A stretch of DNA of 64,000 nucleotides from an uncultured delta proteobacterium (GTDB lineage: Bacteria > Desulfobacterota > Desulfomonilia > UBA1062): NCBI GenBank assembly GCA_963752595.1, contig CAVVYZ010000019.1, positions 61,102 to 125,101 of the forward strand, written 5' to 3'. Below are positions 61,229-64,000 of the stretch, piece by piece. Both the position numbers and the translations under genes were made by a program. Below the pieces are notes generated by a model. That model saw only the letters and a program-made list of their open reading frames with translations, was not told where the DNA came from and did not search any database. Every line of letters begins with the position of its first letter. Positions within the stretch are counted from its first letter, which is position 1.

Positions 61229-61929
61229 GAAGCCAGCACCCTTTCCTTGTCCTCGGGTGTATTGATCTCGAGGTATTGACCTGAAGCAATGATTACCTTG
61301 ATCGGGATGCCGTTTTCCAGAGCACGCAGCTGTTCGAGGGATTCCGTTTCTTCCAGGGGCGTAGGCTCCATGCTGGTAAAACGCTGAAGCGTCTCGGAGC
61401 TGAACCCGTACATGCCGATATGCTTCAGGATTTCGATGCTTACTGCCGAGCGTTTGTACGGGATCGTGGACCTGGAAAAATAGAGCGCAAAACCTTTAAG
61501 ATTGCAGACCACCTTCACGCAGTTCGGATCGTCATATTCCTCCGGTTTCGCCGGTGTGGCGACCGTGACCATGGCGAGGCCCATCCTTAACGCCCGTGCA
61601 ATCTCGGACAAGGCAATTCTGTCGAGCACCACCTGGTCTCCCTGGACATTGATCACGGCATCTGCAGACAGCCCCATGGCCGCCTGGGCCACCCTGTCCG
61701 TTCCGGACCTGCACTCGGGGCTCGTCATGACCACGGGAGCCCCGAAGGAGGCTGCCGCATCGGAGATCCGCTTGTCATCTGTGGCAATGAGGACATCATC
61801 GATATCAGTGCATGCCCTGACCTGTTCATAGATCCTCTGGATCATGGACTTGCCCGCGATATCGGTCAGCGGCTTGCCGGGAAACCGGGACGATTCATAC
61901 CGCGCCGGGATTATGGCTATTACCTTCAT
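61213..61929 (-). CDS. kdsB: CMP-Kdo synthetase
   Basis: IIPARYESSRFPGKPL, SGTDR, NVQGD, ALYFSRS and ESLEQLRALENG. Confidence 0.95.
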   Translation of the reverse strand: MKVIAIIPARYESSRFPGKPLTDIAGKSMIQRIYEQVRACTDIDDVLIATDDKRISDAAASFGAPVVMTSPECRSGTDRVAQAAMGLSADAVINVQGDQVVLDRIALSEIARALRMGLAMVTVATPAKPEEYDDPNCVKVVCNLKGFALYFSRSTIPYKRSAVSIEILKHIGMYGFSSETLQRFTSMEPTPLEETESLEQLRALENGIPIKVIIASGQYLEINTPEDKERVLASWSES

Positions 61930-61930
61930 T

Positions 61931-62476
61931 TTACAGCTCCCTTCTCGCTTCCAGATCTTCAAGCGCCCTGACATGCGCCTCATACGAAGCCCTGTTATAC
62001 AGGACCATGCGCACGAGCCTGATGCCGGTATCGCCGGACAGGAAATCCCTGATGGCCGTGATCGATGTCAGAGCAGCCTCGGTCACCGGGTAGCCGAAGA
62101 TCCCCGTGCTCAAGGCGGGAAAGGAGATGGACCTCACTCCGTTCGCATCGGCAACCTTCAGCGAGTTCACATAGCAGGAGCGCAGGAGGACAGGATCTTC
62201 ATCCGACCCGCTGTACACGGGGCCTACCGTATGGATGACATATGTGTTCGGCAGATTGTATCCTTTCGTTATCTTGGCCTCGCCGGTCTTGCAGCCGCCG
62301 AGGTTTTTACATTCCTCCCACAAACCAGGGCCTGCCGCCTTGTGTATGGCTCCGGCCACGCCGCCGCCGGGTGCAAGCCTTGAATTGGCTGCATTCACCA
62401 CCGCATCCGTATCCTGGTTAGTGATGTCTCCCACCACGAACTGCAGTTTCGATGCCCCTATGGATATTTCTTTCAT
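61931..62476 (-). CDS. Macro-domain protein (O-acetyl-ADP-ribose deacetylase/YmdB-like)
   Basis: GDIT, VNAANS.L.PGGGVAGAIH, VIHTVGP and FPALSTGIFGYP. Confidence 0.92.
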   Translation of the reverse strand: MKEISIGASKLQFVVGDITNQDTDAVVNAANSRLAPGGGVAGAIHKAAGPGLWEECKNLGGCKTGEAKITKGYNLPNTYVIHTVGPVYSGSDEDPVLLRSCYVNSLKVADANGVRSISFPALSTGIFGYPVTEAALTSITAIRDFLSGDTGIRLVRMVLYNRASYEAHVRALEDLEARREL

Positions 62477-62609
62477 ACATGGTCCTTTATATTCATGAAA
62501 GTATACTATATCCGTTATGAATCGAATTTCTCTACTACAACCAATGACCGATTATTGCAATCATCCCATGTGCTTCATAAAAACCCTTGTAATGGGGAAC
62601 CCCTTAAGC

Positions 62610-62655
62610 AAGCCCCCTCTCCTTATTCCTCTCCCGCGAGTGGAGAGGAATAAGG
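62610..62655. repeat. REP-like hairpin, second copy
   Basis: AAGCCCCCTCT followed by CCTTATTCCTCTCC-N7-GGAGAGGAATAAGG (14-bp stem). Confidence 0.6.
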
Positions 62656-62721
62656 GAATCATCTGATTGACATAATTCTTTGGGCCGTATCAGACGGTCA
62701 GCCAGACAATGGAGGTGAACA

Positions 62722-63099
62722 ATGGACATGAATGCCCTGATCGGAAAAATCAGGATGCACGAAGACTTCCACAAGGTGGGAATGATCCTGTGCCATAACG
62801 GCGTGGTTAGAGGAACGTCCAGAGACGGCTCGGCGGTGAGTTCGGTCGACGTAAAGGCCGACTGGGAGGCGATCAATGCCGTCGTTGCGGAGCAGAAAGC
62901 CAGGCCCGGGATCCTCGAGATCCTCGTAGAGGTGAACGAGGGACTTCTCGCGGTGGGAGACGACCTTCTCGCAATAGTAGTCGCCGGAGATATACGGGAG
63001 CATGTGATCGCGGTACTGACGGATACCCTCAATGCCATAAGGCGAAAGGGACCCACAAGCAGGAGAACCGGTAATACATATCAGGCGGCCTTAACTTAA
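62722..63099 (+). CDS. moaE: Molybdopterin synthase catalytic subunit (MoaE family)
   Basis: GMILCHNGVVR, EG.LAVGDD and VVAGDIR; GGAGG RBS. C-terminus may be affected by an indel. Confidence 0.8.
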   Translation: MDMNALIGKIRMHEDFHKVGMILCHNGVVRGTSRDGSAVSSVDVKADWEAINAVVAEQKARPGILEILVEVNEGLLAVGDDLLAIVVAGDIREHVIAVLTDTLNAIRRKGPTSRRTGNTYQAALT

Positions 63100-63297
63100 G
63101 CTAGATCTTTCTGGGCCCTGGCTTTGAGCCTTCTCATTTCCGCGATCAGATTGTCCTGGTCATACTTCCGGGATAAGGTCGATCATGGCCTCTTCGAAAA
63201 AATCATTGAGATTGCGGTCAAAAAGCACGGATAACGCCCTGAATTCATCCAGGATAGTCTCGTTCACGCGAGTGTTGAATGCAACCTTCTTCGGCAT
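63096..63297 (-). CDS. Ribbon-helix-helix DNA-binding protein (one frameshift near 63170)
   Basis: Manual translation MPKKVAFNTRVNETILDEFRALSVLFDRNLNDFFEEAMIDLI, then RKYDQDNLIAEMRRLKARAQKDLA-stop after removing one base; strand-helix-helix pattern. Confidence 0.65.
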
Positions 63298-63438
63298 TGT
63301 TGCAATTTATCATGCAAGAAAATAATAAGTCAACAAAGCTTAGAGCATCCGGGAGAATCCATTTCAAATACTTTTCTTTTTCCTATGCAATGACCTTCGA
63401 CTCATCTATCCCAATATGATAGCAGATCAACGTTGCGT

Positions 63439-63514
<76 letters not shown>

Positions 63515-63770
63515 TTTTTTATAGACATTAAAAAAAAGCCAATTGTGCAGTAAATGTGCAGTTGGTTTTTTCATTTATTCACTCTTGATGAACCCAATAG
63601 ATCTTATATGCTTACCTTGGCGACCTGTTTCGAGAGTAGAGATCTTTTTTCAAGATCTTCACTCCTGTTCAACCATAGATTACCTCACGATAGCTAAGCG
63701 GAAGAAATGTGGCTATTGCAGTCCAAATGGGCAATATGCACGATTTTTTTCCAGGATCCTTACAGTCCAC

Positions 63771-64000
63771 CTATTCCGAGAGGACGGGAAAAGCCTGTGT
63801 CCGATGGAAAAATACCCTTCCCACGCCGTATATGATCAGGGCTGTCCACACGATCCCAAAGCCGATGGCCTGCGAGGGTGTAAAGGGCTCGCGATATAGG
63901 AAACCCCAAGCAAGGAAGATTGGATGGTAGGGGCGATGTACTGCAGGATGCCCATATAGGAGAGGGGCATGCGTCGGGCGGCCGAAGAAACAGCGATAGA
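63771..64000 (-). CDS. rarD: 3' end of an EamA-family transporter, RarD-like (partial, with indels)
   Basis: Minus-strand fragments AARRMPLSYMGILQYIAPTIQ and YREPFTPSQAIGFGIVWTALIIY...SE-stop. Confidence 0.8.
   Translation of the reverse strand, partial: YRCFFGRPTHAPLLYGHPAVHRPYHPIFLAWGFLYREPFTPSQAIGFGIVWTALIIYGVGRVFFHRTQAFPVLSE

Overview
Chromosomal window from an anaerobic Gram-negative bacterium. Gene content (ETF plus a DUF224-type membrane FeS oxidoreductase, AbfD, dual-TetR regulator, kdsB/waaA, yceD-rpmF-fab-rpiB-glyA-nrdR-rib-nusB order) suggests Desulfobacterota/Syntrophales-like Deltaproteobacteria; this is inferred from gene content only. From left to right: (1) a tandem array of at least three paralogous uncharacterised lipoproteins (<1-3543); (2) an ~18 kb acyl-CoA catabolic island of two convergent operons, hbd-dual TetR-thiolase-crotonase-ACAD-abfD-CGGC protein-CoA ligase on + and small ORF-TRAP-gldA-MaoC-SDR-ACAD on -; (3) the fab/glyA/nrdR/rib/nusB housekeeping superoperon; (4) ilvE-like aminotransferase, tRNA-Asn, and a MarR-MacAB-TolC efflux cluster flanked by two P2-type ATPases; (5) zinc-finger, J-domain and cupin genes; (6) an acs-FadR-FadN-etfBA-membrane FeS oxidoreductase operon; (7) waaA, kdsB, a macrodomain gene, moaE, an RHH gene, tRNA-Ala and a partial rarD. 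The most notable observation is a ~102-nt non-coding element present twice (6508-6609 on +, 21481-21583 on -, about 76% identical by manual alignment). It has a covarying terminator-like stem and mutually exclusive pairings, and one copy precedes the catabolic or transport genes of each convergent operon, so it is a candidate cis-regulatory RNA or attenuator. Many single-base frameshifts in core genes are most likely sequencing or assembly errors. All calls come from manual motif recognition; no database searches were run.
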